The notes beneath the pieces were generated by a model. It was not told the DNA's origin. It saw only the letters and a list, made by a program, of their open reading frames with translations, and made no database searches. Below, in pieces: positions 52,521-62,892 of a DNA stretch of 64,000 nt (the first letter of the stretch is position 1; each line of letters begins with the position of its first letter). Made by a program: the position numbers and the translations under genes. Source of the DNA: an uncultured Eubacteriales bacterium. Its GTDB lineage: Bacteria; Bacillota; Clostridia; Oscillospirales; CAG-272. The stretch is taken from contig URDS01000001.1 of NCBI GenBank assembly GCA_900546635.1, forward strand, positions 13,306 through 77,305, in the 5' to 3' direction.

Positions 52521-53726
52521 ATGGCAAAGCAGAAGTTTGAAAGAACGAAACCCCATGTTAATATCGGTACCATTGGTCACGTTGACCATGGTAAGACCAC
52601 GCTTACCGCTGCGATCACGAAGTACCTTTCTCTCAGCAACGGGGTAAACGAATTCATGGCCTATGACCAGATCGACAATGCGCCCGAAGAGAGAGCAAGA
52701 GGTATCACGATCAACACCAGACACGTTGAGTATGAGACGGCAAACCGTCACTATGCACACGTTGACTGTCCCGGCCACGCCGACTATGTCAAGAACATGA
52801 TTACCGGTGCGGCGCAGATGGACGGCGCGATCCTTGTTGTTGCCGGCACGGACGGCCCGCTTCAGCAGACCCGCGAGCACGTTCTGCTCGCTCGTCAGGT
52901 CGGCGTTCCCGCAATTGTTGTATTCATGAACAAGTGCGACATCGTTGACGATGCCGAACTGCTTGACCTCGTTGAGATGGAGATCCGCGATCTTCTTTCT
53001 CAGTACGACTTCCCGGGCGATGATATTCCGATCATCAGAGGTTCTGCGCGTGAAGCGCTTACCTCTACCAGCCAGGACCCGAACGATGCAGTATATGCAC
53101 CGATCAAGGAACTCATGGATGCGGTTGATTCCTATATCCCGACGCCTGACAGAATGAGCGACAAGCCTTTCCTGATGCCTGTTGAGGATGTATTCTCGAT
53201 TTCCGGACGCGGAACAGTTGCTACCGGTCGTGTCGAGAGAGGTACGCTGAAGCTTTCCGAGGAAGTTGAGATCATTGGTCTCACTACCGAAAGAAAGAAG
53301 ACCGTTATTACCGGTATCGAAATGTTCCATAAGATGATGGACGAGGCTCAGGCCGGTGACAATATCGGTGCGCTGCTTCGCGGTGTTCAGAAGAATGAGA
53401 TCGAAAGAGGTCAGGTTCTCTGCAAACCCGGCTCGATCAATCCGCACACCGAGTTCATCGGTCAGGTGTACGTTCTTACCGAAAAAGAGGGTGGACGTCA
53501 AAAGCCGTTCTTCTCTGGTTATCGTCCGCAGTTCTACTTCAGAACCACTGACGTTACCGGTACGATTAAGCTTCCCGAAGGCACCGAGATGTGCCGTCCC
53601 GGCGATAACGTAAACATGGATGTTTCTCTGATTACGCCTATTGCTATTGAGGCTGGACTTCGTTTTGCAATCCGTGAGGGCGGCAGAACAGTTGGTTCCG
53701 GTGTCGTAACCGAAATCAAGGCTTAA
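52521..53726 (+). CDS. tuf: elongation factor Tu
   Basis: 401 aa with [13 protein letters not shown] and DCPGHADY. Confidence 0.97.
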   Translation: MAKQKFERTKPHVNIGTIGHVDHGKTTLTAAITKYLSLSNGVNEFMAYDQIDNAPEERARGITINTRHVEYETANRHYAHVDCPGHADYVKNMITGAAQMDGAILVVAGTDGPLQQTREHVLLARQVGVPAIVVFMNKCDIVDDAELLDLVEMEIRDLLSQYDFPGDDIPIIRGSAREALTSTSQDPNDAVYAPIKELMDAVDSYIPTPDRMSDKPFLMPVEDVFSISGRGTVATGRVERGTLKLSEEVEIIGLTTERKKTVITGIEMFHKMMDEAQAGDNIGALLRGVQKNEIERGQVLCKPGSINPHTEFIGQVYVLTEKEGGRQKPFFSGYRPQFYFRTTDVTGTIKLPEGTEMCRPGDNVNMDVSLITPIAIEAGLRFAIREGGRTVGSGVVTEIKA

Positions 53727-53740
53727 ATTTGCTTTGTTTG

Positions 53741-53775
53741 AAATCGGAGGAAGCGTTTGCTTCCTCCGATTTTTC
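53741..53775 (+). terminator. tuf terminator
   Basis: AAATCGGAGGAAGC-GTTT-GCTTCCTCCGATTTTT. Confidence 0.85.
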
Positions 53776-53803
53776 CAAGGCAGTATATCACAAAATAAAA
53801 TTT

Positions 53804-53920
53804 TATATCTTTGGGGAATGGTGAAATTCCATACCGGCGGTTATAGTCCGCGAACACGTATGTGCCGAGCAGGTGAGATTCCTGCACCGACAGTTACAGT
53901 CTGGATGGGAAAAGAAAGAG
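53804..53920 (+). promoter_or_regulatory. FMN riboswitch (RFN element)
   Basis: GGGGAAUGGUGAAAUUCCAUACCGGCGGU...AGUCCGCGA...GGUGAGAUUCCUGCACCGACAGU.ACAGUCUGGAUGGGAAAAG matches the RFN conserved core. Confidence 0.9.
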
Positions 53921-53951
53921 AGCGGAAGTGTTTGTATGCACATCCGCAGAT

Positions 53952-53981
53952 TCCCCTGCCGCTTTGGCAGGGGATTTTTTT
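53952..53981 (+). terminator. FMN riboswitch terminator
   Basis: TCCCCTGCC-GCTTT-GGCAGGGGA-TTTTTTT. Confidence 0.85.
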
Positions 53982-54003
53982 CCAAAGAATTTTGGAGGTA
54001 CAT

Positions 54004-54663
54004 ATGACGAAATCGTTGGAGCGTACAAATCGGCTGGTATTGGCCGCCGCATTTGCCGCTATCGCTTATCTTTGCATGTTCTTGTTACCGATTAAAGTGA
54101 GTTTTCTGACACTCGATATAAAGGATTCGGTTATTGCAATCGGCGCGCTGTATCTCGGCCCGGTAGCGGGAATCCTGATATCGGCGGTTGTGGCATTGGT
54201 GGAAATGGTGACAGTCAGCCAAACCGGAATTTACGGATTTTTCATGAATTTTTTGGGCTCGGCGGTGTTTTCCGCAACGGTGTCGCTTTTTTATACGCGG
54301 CAAAAAAGTTTAAAGCGGGCGCTGCTTGGTTTGATTTGCTCTATTGCGGCGATGACATCGGTTATGCTGGCGTTTAATTTGATCGTAACGCCGGTATATC
54401 TCGGACAGCCTCGGCAGGCGATAATCGATATGATTTTGCCGCTGCTTTTGCCTTTTAATCTCGGAAAAGGTATTTTAAACGCTGCTTTGACCATGCTTTT
54501 ATATAAACCCATATCGATTGCACTGGGGCATACGAGCTTTTCTCTGCATGTTTCTTCTACGGCGCCGAAAAAGAAGAATACATATATTGTGGCCGGGTGT
54601 TCGATTTTGCTGATTGCAGCGGTCTTGCTGTATTTCTTTATAAAAATGGGCGCAACTGTATAA
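54004..54663 (+). CDS. ribU: riboflavin transporter RibU (ECF S component)
   Basis: 219 aa multi-TM protein immediately downstream of the FMN riboswitch. ATG after GGAGG. Confidence 0.8.
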   Translation: MTKSLERTNRLVLAAAFAAIAYLCMFLLPIKVSFLTLDIKDSVIAIGALYLGPVAGILISAVVALVEMVTVSQTGIYGFFMNFLGSAVFSATVSLFYTRQKSLKRALLGLICSIAAMTSVMLAFNLIVTPVYLGQPRQAIIDMILPLLLPFNLGKGILNAALTMLLYKPISIALGHTSFSLHVSSTAPKKKNTYIVAGCSILLIAAVLLYFFIKMGATV

Positions 54664-54731
54664 AATTACTTGATTTGCGCCGCATAATCGTGTAAAATAA
54701 AACTTAGTATCTGAATAACCGGGGAGATTCT

Positions 54732-55205
54732 ATGTTTGAAAATATAAATCATGTTGTGTATACCTTTTTTTGCTCGATGCTTCCGATTGTCGAACTGAGA
54801 GGCGCCATTCCGCTCGGCGCGTCTCTCGGAATCCCGTTTTGGGAGTGCTTTTTGATTTGTGTCATCGGCAATATGCTGCCGGTTCCCATCATTCTGCTGT
54901 TTGTCCGGTTTGTTTTGCAGTGGATGAAGAAAATCAAATATTTGGATAAAATCGCGATTTGGGTGGAAAGTAAAGCGCATAAGCATTCAGCTTCTATTGT
55001 AAAATATGCCGGCTGGGGATTGTTCTTGTTTGTAGCAGTCCCCCTGCCCGGAACCGGCGCATGGACAGGCGCGCTGATTGCCGCGATGTTGGATATGCGG
55101 ATGAAAAAAGCCTTTCCGGCGATTTTCGCCGGCGTTTTGGTTGCGGGATTGATTGTCAGCGGTATTTCCTATGGCTTTTTGAATTTTCTTCAATTTTTGC
55201 TTTAA
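54732..55205 (+). CDS. small multidrug export protein family (COG2426) membrane protein
   Basis: 157 aa with the LPIVELRGAIPLG motif and 4 TM helices. Confidence 0.6.
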   Translation: MFENINHVVYTFFCSMLPIVELRGAIPLGASLGIPFWECFLICVIGNMLPVPIILLFVRFVLQWMKKIKYLDKIAIWVESKAHKHSASIVKYAGWGLFLFVAVPLPGTGAWTGALIAAMLDMRMKKAFPAIFAGVLVAGLIVSGISYGFLNFLQFLL

Positions 55206-55238
55206 TTGATTGCTCCTTTTTGCAATATGGAGGTTACG

Positions 55239-56888
55239 ATGCGCAGGCGGATTCAAATACACAGGGAACAGGCGGATACAAAAGCGGATATTACGGCTTT
55301 TTTGGCTGTGTTTTTGCTGATCGCCATACGTTTTTTATACTTTGGTTTTCAGTATTTTCCGCAGCTTGATGATTACATTCAGCATCATAACTATGCGGCG
55401 CAGGGAGATTTGCTGTATAATTGCCGGGTCCTTGGTCTGCTTGCATCAAGACCGTTGGCCGGTATCCTGGACGTTACGCTTTGGTCATGGCTTTGGCCGT
55501 GCTCGATTGTCGGCGTTTTGCTGCTCAGCGCTTTGTATGCTTTGTCGGCGGTGGTTTTTCAAAAATTGTTTTCAAAGCTTTTCGGTACAGGCGCTTTTTT
55601 CTTGGTTGTGTATACGCTTTTGCCTTTGGGAATCGAGGGGACCTACTGGATGAGCGCCTCCACGCGGATTGTGCCCGGCTTGCTTTTTGTTGCGCTGTCG
55701 GCGAATTGTTTTTATCAATTTTTAGAAGCGGGAAGAAAACGAGACTTGATTTTGGCGGTTCTTTGTCAGTTTATCACGTTTTGCTTCTACGAGCAGACGG
55801 CTGTCCTCAGCTGCGCGCTCAATCTGCTGATTGCGTTTTTGTATGTCCGAAAGAGCGGCGGCCGTTGGCTGTTTGCCTTTTCCTGCTTCTTGTGCGCGGC
55901 GCTGTATTTCGGGCTGTGTGCGCTTACTGTGGACAGCGCGCTTTACAGCGGGCGTATGAGCCTGATTTTGCCCGTATCAAACTATTATTACGACACTTTT
56001 TTGCCGGACTTGCTCTCACAGATGAAATCCGCTTTCTTAGGCGGTGGATTTTATACCCTGGTTTACGGATTTTTGCGCGGAATCATGCGGATTTTTGCCG
56101 ACGGCGCTTGGCTGTATTGCCTTTTGGTGCTCATTTTTTGTGCCGGATTCTTTCTTTATTTCAGAAAGGACAAGTCTAAAGGAGAAGAACGTTTCCTTCT
56201 GCCGCTCCTTTTCGGTATTTTGCTGGCGATCGCACCGCTTGTTCCGTTTTTGATTATTGAAAATCCGTGGTTTTCTCTGCGCGGTACGGTTACAAGCTTT
56301 GTTGGGATTGCGCTCTTTGCGGATCTGGTTCTTCGCAGAATCGCATTTCCCAAAAAAAGTGTTGCCGCTGCCGTCAGTGCGTTTGTTGCACTTATATTTT
56401 GTATTTGTTCAGTTTCGGAATTGGCGGATTACAAAGCGACCTATGCGGCCGACAGTCGCGTGGTCGGCACAGTTGCTCAGATCGCATCCGAATATCCGGA
56501 GGGCGGAAAGGTAGCGATTTTAAATATAGACGATTCGTATGTACATGAACAAAATTACAAATTTCATGAGCATGTGTCCGGTGTGACTTCGTCAGACTGG
56601 GCGTTGACCGGCGCTGTGAGATGTTATAATGAAAATCCGAATGAGTGGATCACGTATGTGCCGATTTCTCTGCGCAAACAAGAGATCTATCAAAAATGGG
56701 AATGGGCCGTGAAAACGATCAGTTCGATGGACGGCGTATATGTATACGAGTATACGTCTAATACAATCGAACCGTTGACCGTACAATATGAGGGAAAAAA
56801 TTCTTTTTTGCTGTATCGCGCGGACGGACGGCTTTTCGGCAGAATTGTTGAAGAAGAGCAGCGCGGATATTTTTATGCGGAATCGTGA
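55239..56888 (+). CDS. polytopic membrane protein, putative GtrII/GT-C-like glycosyltransferase
   Basis: About 549 aa with more than 10 TM helices and a C-terminal soluble domain. N-terminal FPQLDDY segment. ATG at 55239 after GGAGG. Confidence 0.45.
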   Translation: MRRRIQIHREQADTKADITAFLAVFLLIAIRFLYFGFQYFPQLDDYIQHHNYAAQGDLLYNCRVLGLLASRPLAGILDVTLWSWLWPCSIVGVLLLSALYALSAVVFQKLFSKLFGTGAFFLVVYTLLPLGIEGTYWMSASTRIVPGLLFVALSANCFYQFLEAGRKRDLILAVLCQFITFCFYEQTAVLSCALNLLIAFLYVRKSGGRWLFAFSCFLCAALYFGLCALTVDSALYSGRMSLILPVSNYYYDTFLPDLLSQMKSAFLGGGFYTLVYGFLRGIMRIFADGAWLYCLLVLIFCAGFFLYFRKDKSKGEERFLLPLLFGILLAIAPLVPFLIIENPWFSLRGTVTSFVGIALFADLVLRRIAFPKKSVAAAVSAFVALIFCICSVSELADYKATYAADSRVVGTVAQIASEYPEGGKVAILNIDDSYVHEQNYKFHEHVSGVTSSDWALTGAVRCYNENPNEWITYVPISLRKQEIYQKWEWAVKTISSMDGVYVYEYTSNTIEPLTVQYEGKNSFLLYRADGRLFGRIVEEEQRGYFYAES

Positions 56889-56897
56889 AAAAGAGTA

Positions 56898-56926
56898 TTG
56901 CAAAGAAAAAGAGTTTATGATATAAT
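56898..56926 (+). promoter_or_regulatory. metK promoter
   Basis: TTGCAA-N17-TATAAT. Confidence 0.65.
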
Positions 56927-56940
56927 TTTAAAAAAGAATA

Positions 56941-57027
56941 TCTTATCAAGAGCGGCGGAGGGACTGGCCCTGTGAAGCCCGGCAACCTACTGGTGTTCAG
57001 TAAGGTGCCAAATCCTGAGAGATGAGA
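56941..57027 (+). promoter_or_regulatory. SAM-I riboswitch (S-box)
   Basis: UCUUAUCAAGAGCGGCGGAGGGACUGGCCCUGUGAAGCCCGGCAACC...GGUGCCAAAUCCUG...AGAUGAGA. P1 is UCUUAUC/GAUGAGA. Confidence 0.92.
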
Positions 57028-57034
57028 TGGATTG

Positions 57035-57062
57035 CCCTCGGGATGTCCGGGGGCGTTTTTTT
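57035..57062 (+). terminator. SAM riboswitch terminator
   Basis: CCCTCGG-GATGT-CCGGGGG-CG-TTTTTTT. Confidence 0.8.
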
Positions 57063-57076
57063 GCCGGGGAGGTACT

Positions 57077-58258
57077 ATGAGCAAATATTTATTTACATCG
57101 GAATCGGTTACGGAGGGACATCCGGACAAAATATGCGACACGATTTCCGATGCGATTTTGGACGCGATGATAGCGCAGGACTCTGAGTCGAGAGTGGCCT
57201 GCGAGACATTTGTTACGACCGGTCTTGTCATGATTATGGGCGAGGTAACGACCAAAGCCTTGGTTGACGTTTCGGAGATCGCGAGACAAACGATTCGCGA
57301 AATCGGATACGACCGAGCCAAATACGGCTTTGACGCCGACACCTGCGCCGTATTGAGTTCGCTGCATAAACAATCGCCGGATATTGCTCTCGGTGTAGAC
57401 AAGTGCGCCGAAGCAAAGGACGGCAGTCAGGACGACGGGCTGGACATTGGCGCCGGGGATCAGGGCCTCATGTTCGGTTTTGCCTGTGATGAAACGGACG
57501 AGCTTATGCCGCTGCCGATTTCGCTTGCGCATCGTCTGGCCAAGCGGCTGACCGAAGTGCGCAGAACCGGTCTGCTTCCATATCTTCGTCCGGACGGAAA
57601 AACGCAGGTAACGGTGGAGTATGAGGACGGCGTTCCGCTTCGCGTGGATACGGTTGTTGTTTCATCGCAGCACAGCGATGATGTTTCGCTTGAGCAGATC
57701 CGCGCGGATATAATCAAGCATGTAATTCATGAAGTGGTTCCCGCATCGCTCCTTGACAACGGCACCAAGATTTATGTAAATCCGACCGGCCGTTTTGTTA
57801 TCGGCGGTCCTATGGGCGATACCGGTCTCACCGGCAGAAAAATTATTGTGGATACATACGGCGGGTATTCTCGGCACGGCGGCGGCGCTTTTTCCGGTAA
57901 GGACCCGACAAAAGTGGATCGCAGCGCATCGTATGCGGCGAGATATATTGCCAAAAACATTGTAGCGGCGGGGCTTGCAAAGAAGTGTGAGGTTCAGATT
58001 GCCTATGCCATCGGGGTCGCGCGCCCGGTTTCCGTGATGGTCGATACGTTTGGCACCGGATGCGCTGAGGATGAGAAAATCGCGCGGGCTGTGAGCGGCT
58101 TGTTTGATTTTCGTCCGGCGGCAATCATCCGGCAGTTTGATCTTCGCCGTCCGATCTACAAGCAGACGGCTGCTTACGGCCATATGGGGCGTGAAGATCT
58201 TGCATTGCCGTGGGAAAAGCTGGATCTGGCGGACAAGCTCAGAAAAGCTGTAAAATAA
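57077..58258 (+). CDS. metK: S-adenosylmethionine synthase
   Basis: [24 protein letters not shown] at 57077 after GGGGAGG. Confidence 0.97.
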   Translation: MSKYLFTSESVTEGHPDKICDTISDAILDAMIAQDSESRVACETFVTTGLVMIMGEVTTKALVDVSEIARQTIREIGYDRAKYGFDADTCAVLSSLHKQSPDIALGVDKCAEAKDGSQDDGLDIGAGDQGLMFGFACDETDELMPLPISLAHRLAKRLTEVRRTGLLPYLRPDGKTQVTVEYEDGVPLRVDTVVVSSQHSDDVSLEQIRADIIKHVIHEVVPASLLDNGTKIYVNPTGRFVIGGPMGDTGLTGRKIIVDTYGGYSRHGGGAFSGKDPTKVDRSASYAARYIAKNIVAAGLAKKCEVQIAYAIGVARPVSVMVDTFGTGCAEDEKIARAVSGLFDFRPAAIIRQFDLRRPIYKQTAAYGHMGREDLALPWEKLDLADKLRKAVK

Positions 58259-58263
58259 AAATT

Positions 58264-58300
58264 CCCCCGTGACAATATCCGGCATATATTGTTACGGGGG
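58264..58300 (+). terminator. metK terminator hairpin (15-bp stem)
   Basis: CCCCCGTGACAATAT-CCGGCAT-ATATTGTTACGGGGG, then TGATTTT. Confidence 0.6.
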
Positions 58301-58308
58301 TGATTTTC

Positions 58309-58626
58309 ATGTTTTCTGATGTCTTGGAAGTGCTGTTCTGCGTTTTTGCGGTGTATGGAATTTATGCGATTTTTCGTGAAATCTTACTGCTCTTCCCGAA
58401 GAATCAGCGTATCTGTATCGCGGCGCGCTTAGATGCGGAGATGGACGAGATGGAAATGCAGGATACGATCGTTCGCGCGGAGCATTTCGCACAGAAAATA
58501 CGCGGCATGGCCGGCGCGCCGGTTTTGTTGCTTTATGATCGAGAATCGGCAGAGACACTGAAAAAATACGGCTATGCGCTGTATGTGGATGTAAAAACGG
58601 TGGAGGAAGAATGGCGGGAGACGTAA
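58309..58626 (+). CDS. hypothetical small membrane protein (105 aa)
   Basis: One N-terminal TM helix (VLEVLFCVFAVYGIYAIF). 3' end overlaps the recD2 start by 16 nt. Confidence 0.45.
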   Translation: MFSDVLEVLFCVFAVYGIYAIFREILLLFPKNQRICIAARLDAEMDEMEMQDTIVRAEHFAQKIRGMAGAPVLLLYDRESAETLKKYGYALYVDVKTVEEEWRET

Positions 58627-60839
58627 AAGAAGAGATACAGGGCACTGTGGAGTCGGTGATCTACCGAAATGAAGCCAACGGATATACAATTCTTGAAATT
58701 TTTTCTGAACAGAAAAAAGAACTGGTGACGGTTGTCGGCTTTTTCCCGTTTGTCGCGGAGGGCGAATCGGTTCTCGCGCGCGGCGTTTGGGTGCATCACA
58801 GCGAATACGGCCGACAGTTTCGCGCCGACAGCTTTGAAAAACGGATTCCGGAAGACGCCGACTCCATTTTAAAATATCTGTCTTCGGGCGTGATTAAGGG
58901 AATCGGTCCGAAGACCGCGGCAAGAATTGTCGATAAATACGGCGCGGATACGTTTGAGGTGCTCAGCGAGCATCCGGATTGGCTTGCGGAATTTAAAGGG
59001 ATTTCGGCGCGCCGCGCACTGGAGATCAGCGATGAAATCCGCCGTCAGATGGGCTTCTATAAGTTGTTTGACTTTTGTAAGGATTATTGCAGCATGACCG
59101 TGGCGCTGCGGATTTATCAGGCGTACGAGGACGCTTCCGTGGAGGTGCTGCGGGAGAATCCGTATCGGCTTTGCGGCCGAATCGACGGATTTACTTTTGA
59201 GATTGCCGACCGTGTTGCTGCGGATTGCGGCTATGCCAAAGACGGTCCGGCGCGTATACTCGGCGCTGCCTCGCAGGTGCTTAAACGCGCCTGCGAGGAG
59301 GCGGGACATTCCTGCTTGCCTGTTCGTCAGGTGATTGAACAGACCGCTGATTGGCTGGAACTTGCGCCGCAGATGATCGCGGAGAAGATTCAATCCTTTG
59401 TTCTTTGCAAGGAATTTGGCTATCTGCATACCGAGAGCGGCGGTTTGCTGTATTTAAATTCCTATCTCGCCGCTGAAAAAATGATTGCCTCGCGGCTGCT
59501 GCGTTTGGAATCTTCTTGTGTGCGGTATGACGGCGCGGATATGGAACCGCTTGTTTACCGCGTGGAAGCGGAGAGCGCGATTACATTTGCACCGATGCAG
59601 CGCAGCGCTATTTTCGAGGCGGCAAGCCGGGGCGTGACCATTATAACCGGAGGTCCCGGAACCGGAAAAACAACGATTATTCGCGCGCTTATCCGGATTT
59701 ATGAGAGTATGGGCTGTCAGATAGCGCTGGCGGCGCCTACCGGACGCGCGGCCAAACGAATGAGCGCCGCCACGGCGCATGAGGCAAAGACCATTCACCG
59801 TTTGCTGGAAGTAGAGTATCGGAATGAGGAGACAAACACGTCGGTCTTTCAGCGAAACGAGCACAATATGCTCGAAGAAGATATTTTGATTATAGACGAA
59901 GTTTCCATGATGGATATGTTTCTGTTTGAGGCGCTGCTGGCGGCGATTCGTCCGGGGGCAAGGCTTGTTTTGCTCGGCGACTGCGACCAGCTTCCGAGTG
60001 TGGGCGCGGGAAATATTCTCAGAGACCTGATCGCCGCCGGCAGTTTATATACCGTGCGCCTTACCGACGTTTTCCGGCAGGGAGCGGAGAGTCTGATTGT
60101 GACCAATGCGCACCGAATCAACCGAGGCGAGATGCCGGTTACCGATGCGAAGGATAAGGATTTCTTCTTTATTTCACGAGAGACGACAGATCAGCTGGTT
60201 GCAACGGTTGTAGATGTGTGTGTCAATCGCTTGCCCAGAACATACGACGTGAGCGCGGTTGAACAGATTCAACTGCTTACGCCTACCCGGAAAGGCGCGC
60301 TCGGCACCGAGACGCTGAACCGGCTTCTTCAGGCGCGCTTAAATCCGCCGTGCGACGGAAAGCGTGAACACAAATTCCGTGAAGTCCTGTTCCGTGAGGG
60401 CGACAAGGTGATGCAGATTCGCAACAATTATGATCTTGTGTGGTATGAAAACGGTGCGGAGCGCCACGGCGTTTACAACGGCGATGTGGGAACCATTCTG
60501 AAGATTGCGGACAGGCAGGAATACATGATGATCGATTTTGACGGTCACGAAGTCAAGTATGCGTTTAAACTTTTGGAGGATCTGGAACATGCCTATGCGA
60601 TCACGGTACATAAAAGTCAGGGCAGCGAATATCCGATTGTCGTTCTGCCTCTGACCGATTTTGCGCCGGTTTTGATGACGCGCAATCTGCTTTATACGGC
60701 GGTCACGCGGGCCAAGGATATGGTCGTTCTGATCGGCCGCAGGGAAGCAATACAGCGCATGGTCGAAAACGATCAGGTGCGTGTGCGCTATACAGGGCTC
60801 AAATATTTTCTGGAGGCAAAACAGCCGTGCGAAAATTGA
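58611..60839 (+). CDS. recD2: ATP-dependent RecD-like DNA helicase (SF1B, RecD2)
   Basis: 742 aa with Walker A GGPGTGKTT and helicase motifs DEVSMMD and TVHKSQGSEY. Confidence 0.9.
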   Translation: MAGDVKEEIQGTVESVIYRNEANGYTILEIFSEQKKELVTVVGFFPFVAEGESVLARGVWVHHSEYGRQFRADSFEKRIPEDADSILKYLSSGVIKGIGPKTAARIVDKYGADTFEVLSEHPDWLAEFKGISARRALEISDEIRRQMGFYKLFDFCKDYCSMTVALRIYQAYEDASVEVLRENPYRLCGRIDGFTFEIADRVAADCGYAKDGPARILGAASQVLKRACEEAGHSCLPVRQVIEQTADWLELAPQMIAEKIQSFVLCKEFGYLHTESGGLLYLNSYLAAEKMIASRLLRLESSCVRYDGADMEPLVYRVEAESAITFAPMQRSAIFEAASRGVTIITGGPGTGKTTIIRALIRIYESMGCQIALAAPTGRAAKRMSAATAHEAKTIHRLLEVEYRNEETNTSVFQRNEHNMLEEDILIIDEVSMMDMFLFEALLAAIRPGARLVLLGDCDQLPSVGAGNILRDLIAAGSLYTVRLTDVFRQGAESLIVTNAHRINRGEMPVTDAKDKDFFFISRETTDQLVATVVDVCVNRLPRTYDVSAVEQIQLLTPTRKGALGTETLNRLLQARLNPPCDGKREHKFREVLFREGDKVMQIRNNYDLVWYENGAERHGVYNGDVGTILKIADRQEYMMIDFDGHEVKYAFKLLEDLEHAYAITVHKSQGSEYPIVVLPLTDFAPVLMTRNLLYTAVTRAKDMVVLIGRREAIQRMVENDQVRVRYTGLKYFLEAKQPCEN

Positions 60840-61570
60840 CCGATATTGTTCTGGACTGCCTGTTTGTGCCGAGATGCGCCGTATGCAGGGAACGTCTGCA
60901 TATATCGGAGGGCGGCCTCTGCGAAGATTGCCGCCGCGCTTATGATAGAGCGAGAGCGGAGTATTGTGATGTATGCGGTATGGAGGCGTCCGTTTGCCGG
61001 TGCGTACCGCAAAATCTGTCTGTGAACGGGTGCGTCGCCTATCGCAAACTGGTATTCTATAAACCCTCCGCTGAGATCAGCGTTGTGTGCGGTATGATGT
61101 ACGCGCTGAAACGGAATCATGCGGCGGGACTTTCCGCTTTTTTGGCGGCAGAGCTTGCGGAGCTTGTCAAGGAGATGGTTTCGGAGGATACGGTTGTGAC
61201 TTTTGCGCCGCGCGCCGCTTCGGCAAAGCAAAAATACGGTTACGATCAGGGCGAACTTTTGGCCAAACATGTTGCGGCGGATTTGGGACTTGATTTTCGG
61301 CGATTGCTTACGCGCCGGCGTTTTCAAAACCGCGAGCAGAAATTTTTGAATGCGGCGGAGCGGCAAAAGAATGTCCGGGATTTGTTTTTTGTATGGAAAC
61401 CGCGGCTTGCAGCCGATAAAAGTATTCTTTTGATTGACGATGTGGTGACCAGCGGCGCAACGCTTGGCGCCTGTGCCGGCGCTTTATATCGCGCCGGCGC
61501 TCGTGAGGTGCGCTGCCTCAGCGTAGCGTATACGGTGCGAAGAAAAAATAATAAATCGAAAAAAGATTGA
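60827..61570 (+). CDS. comFC: ComF family protein (ComFC-type phosphoribosyltransferase)
   Basis: GTG start, N-terminal CxxC...CxxC Zn ribbon, and PRTase motif LLIDDVVTSGATL. Confidence 0.85.
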   Translation: MRKLTDIVLDCLFVPRCAVCRERLHISEGGLCEDCRRAYDRARAEYCDVCGMEASVCRCVPQNLSVNGCVAYRKLVFYKPSAEISVVCGMMYALKRNHAAGLSAFLAAELAELVKEMVSEDTVVTFAPRAASAKQKYGYDQGELLAKHVAADLGLDFRRLLTRRRFQNREQKFLNAAERQKNVRDLFFVWKPRLAADKSILLIDDVVTSGATLGACAGALYRAGAREVRCLSVAYTVRRKNNKSKKD

Positions 61571-61595
61571 TTTCATCGTTTGAATGCTGTATAAT
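61567..61595 (+). promoter_or_regulatory. mreB promoter
   Basis: TTGATT-N17-TATAAT. About 220-nt leader. Confidence 0.5.
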
Positions 61596-61820
61596 TAAAA
61601 TGATGAGTTATGCACACTGTTAATTTGAAATTTTTGCGGAGCTTTTGCTTTTCGGCGCAGGCGCGTGTACACGCGCTCGCGCGTCCTTTTGGGCGTATTC
61701 GAGTCCGTGGGGCGGCGCATGTCTTTGCTATGTAGGCGGGATTTTAATTTTGTACTTGCTTCGTCGTATTTTTGTTTTAACAGTTTGTAAAATTTATAAA
61801 GCGTACCGAAAGGAAAAACA

Positions 61821-62843
61821 ATGAGTCGAGATATTGGTATTGACCTTGGTACGGCTACTGTGCTTGTATATGTAAAAGGAAAAGGGATTGTTCTGGAGGA
61901 ACCGTCCGTTGTTGCGATAGATCGGTATTCGGACAAGGTGATTTGCGTCGGCAGAGAGGCTCAGCAGATGCTTGGGCGTACGCCGCCGGGAATAGAGGTG
62001 GTTCGCCCGCTTTGCGGCGGTGTAATCAGCCGATATGACGTAACGTCCAGGATGCTCCAGCATTTTTTAGCAAAAGCATGCGGCAGTACCATCATAAAGC
62101 CCCGGGTTATGGTTTGCATTCCCAGCAGCATCACCGAAGTGGAAGAGCGCGCGGTTGTGGACGCGGCCAACCAGGCGGGAGCCAGAAAAACATATTTAAT
62201 TGAAGAGCCGGTAGCGGCTGCTCTTGGCGCGGACATTGATATCACGATGCCCAACGGAAATATGATCGTCGATATCGGCGGCGGAACGGCGGACATTGCG
62301 CTGATTTCGCTGAACAATACCGTCGTGAGCGAGTCTATAAAAGTCGGCGGAGACAAATTTGACGAGGCCATTGTACGATATGTTCGGAAAAAATACAGCG
62401 TATTGATCGGGGAACGCACAGCGGAGGAAATTAAACTTCGCATCGGATCCGCCTGTCCGCGCAAAGAGGAAAAATACATAGACGTAAAGGGTAGATGCCT
62501 GACTTACGGTTTGCCGAAAGCGATTCGGCTTTGCGCTTCTGAAATGACGATCGCTTTGGATGAGCCGGTGACTGCGATTATCGAGGCGGTGTGTTCGGTT
62601 GTGGAACGAACGCCTCCGGAACTTGTCGGAGACGTGATCGCAAACGGCATCGTTTTGACCGGCGGCGGCAGCCTTTTATACGGATTGGATTATCGTATTG
62701 CCAAAGCGACGGGGATCAAAACCCGCGTGGCAAAAAATGCCGTGCAGTGCGTTGCGCTCGGAACAGGCAAGGCGCTTGACGGGTTGTCAAGAAACCCCGA
62801 GGGCGTGCTGAATCTTTCAAAATCCAGGCAGGAAAAATTTTAA
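61821..62843 (+). CDS. mreB: rod shape-determining protein MreB
   Basis: 340 aa with the DIGIDLGTATVLVY actin-fold phosphate-1 motif. Confidence 0.95.
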   Translation: MSRDIGIDLGTATVLVYVKGKGIVLEEPSVVAIDRYSDKVICVGREAQQMLGRTPPGIEVVRPLCGGVISRYDVTSRMLQHFLAKACGSTIIKPRVMVCIPSSITEVEERAVVDAANQAGARKTYLIEEPVAAALGADIDITMPNGNMIVDIGGGTADIALISLNNTVVSESIKVGGDKFDEAIVRYVRKKYSVLIGERTAEEIKLRIGSACPRKEEKYIDVKGRCLTYGLPKAIRLCASEMTIALDEPVTAIIEAVCSVVERTPPELVGDVIANGIVLTGGGSLLYGLDYRIAKATGIKTRVAKNAVQCVALGTGKALDGLSRNPEGVLNLSKSRQEKF

Positions 62844-62892
62844 AAGTGGACGCCTGAGCCGTTCACTTTTTATTTATGTGAGGCAATCGCTA

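Noticed and set aside
61700-61720. tRNA-like GTATTCGAGTCCGTGGGG string (T-loop look-alike).
   Set aside because: The flanking bases cannot form a T-stem (GCGTA versus CCGTG). No acceptor, D or anticodon arms can be drawn.
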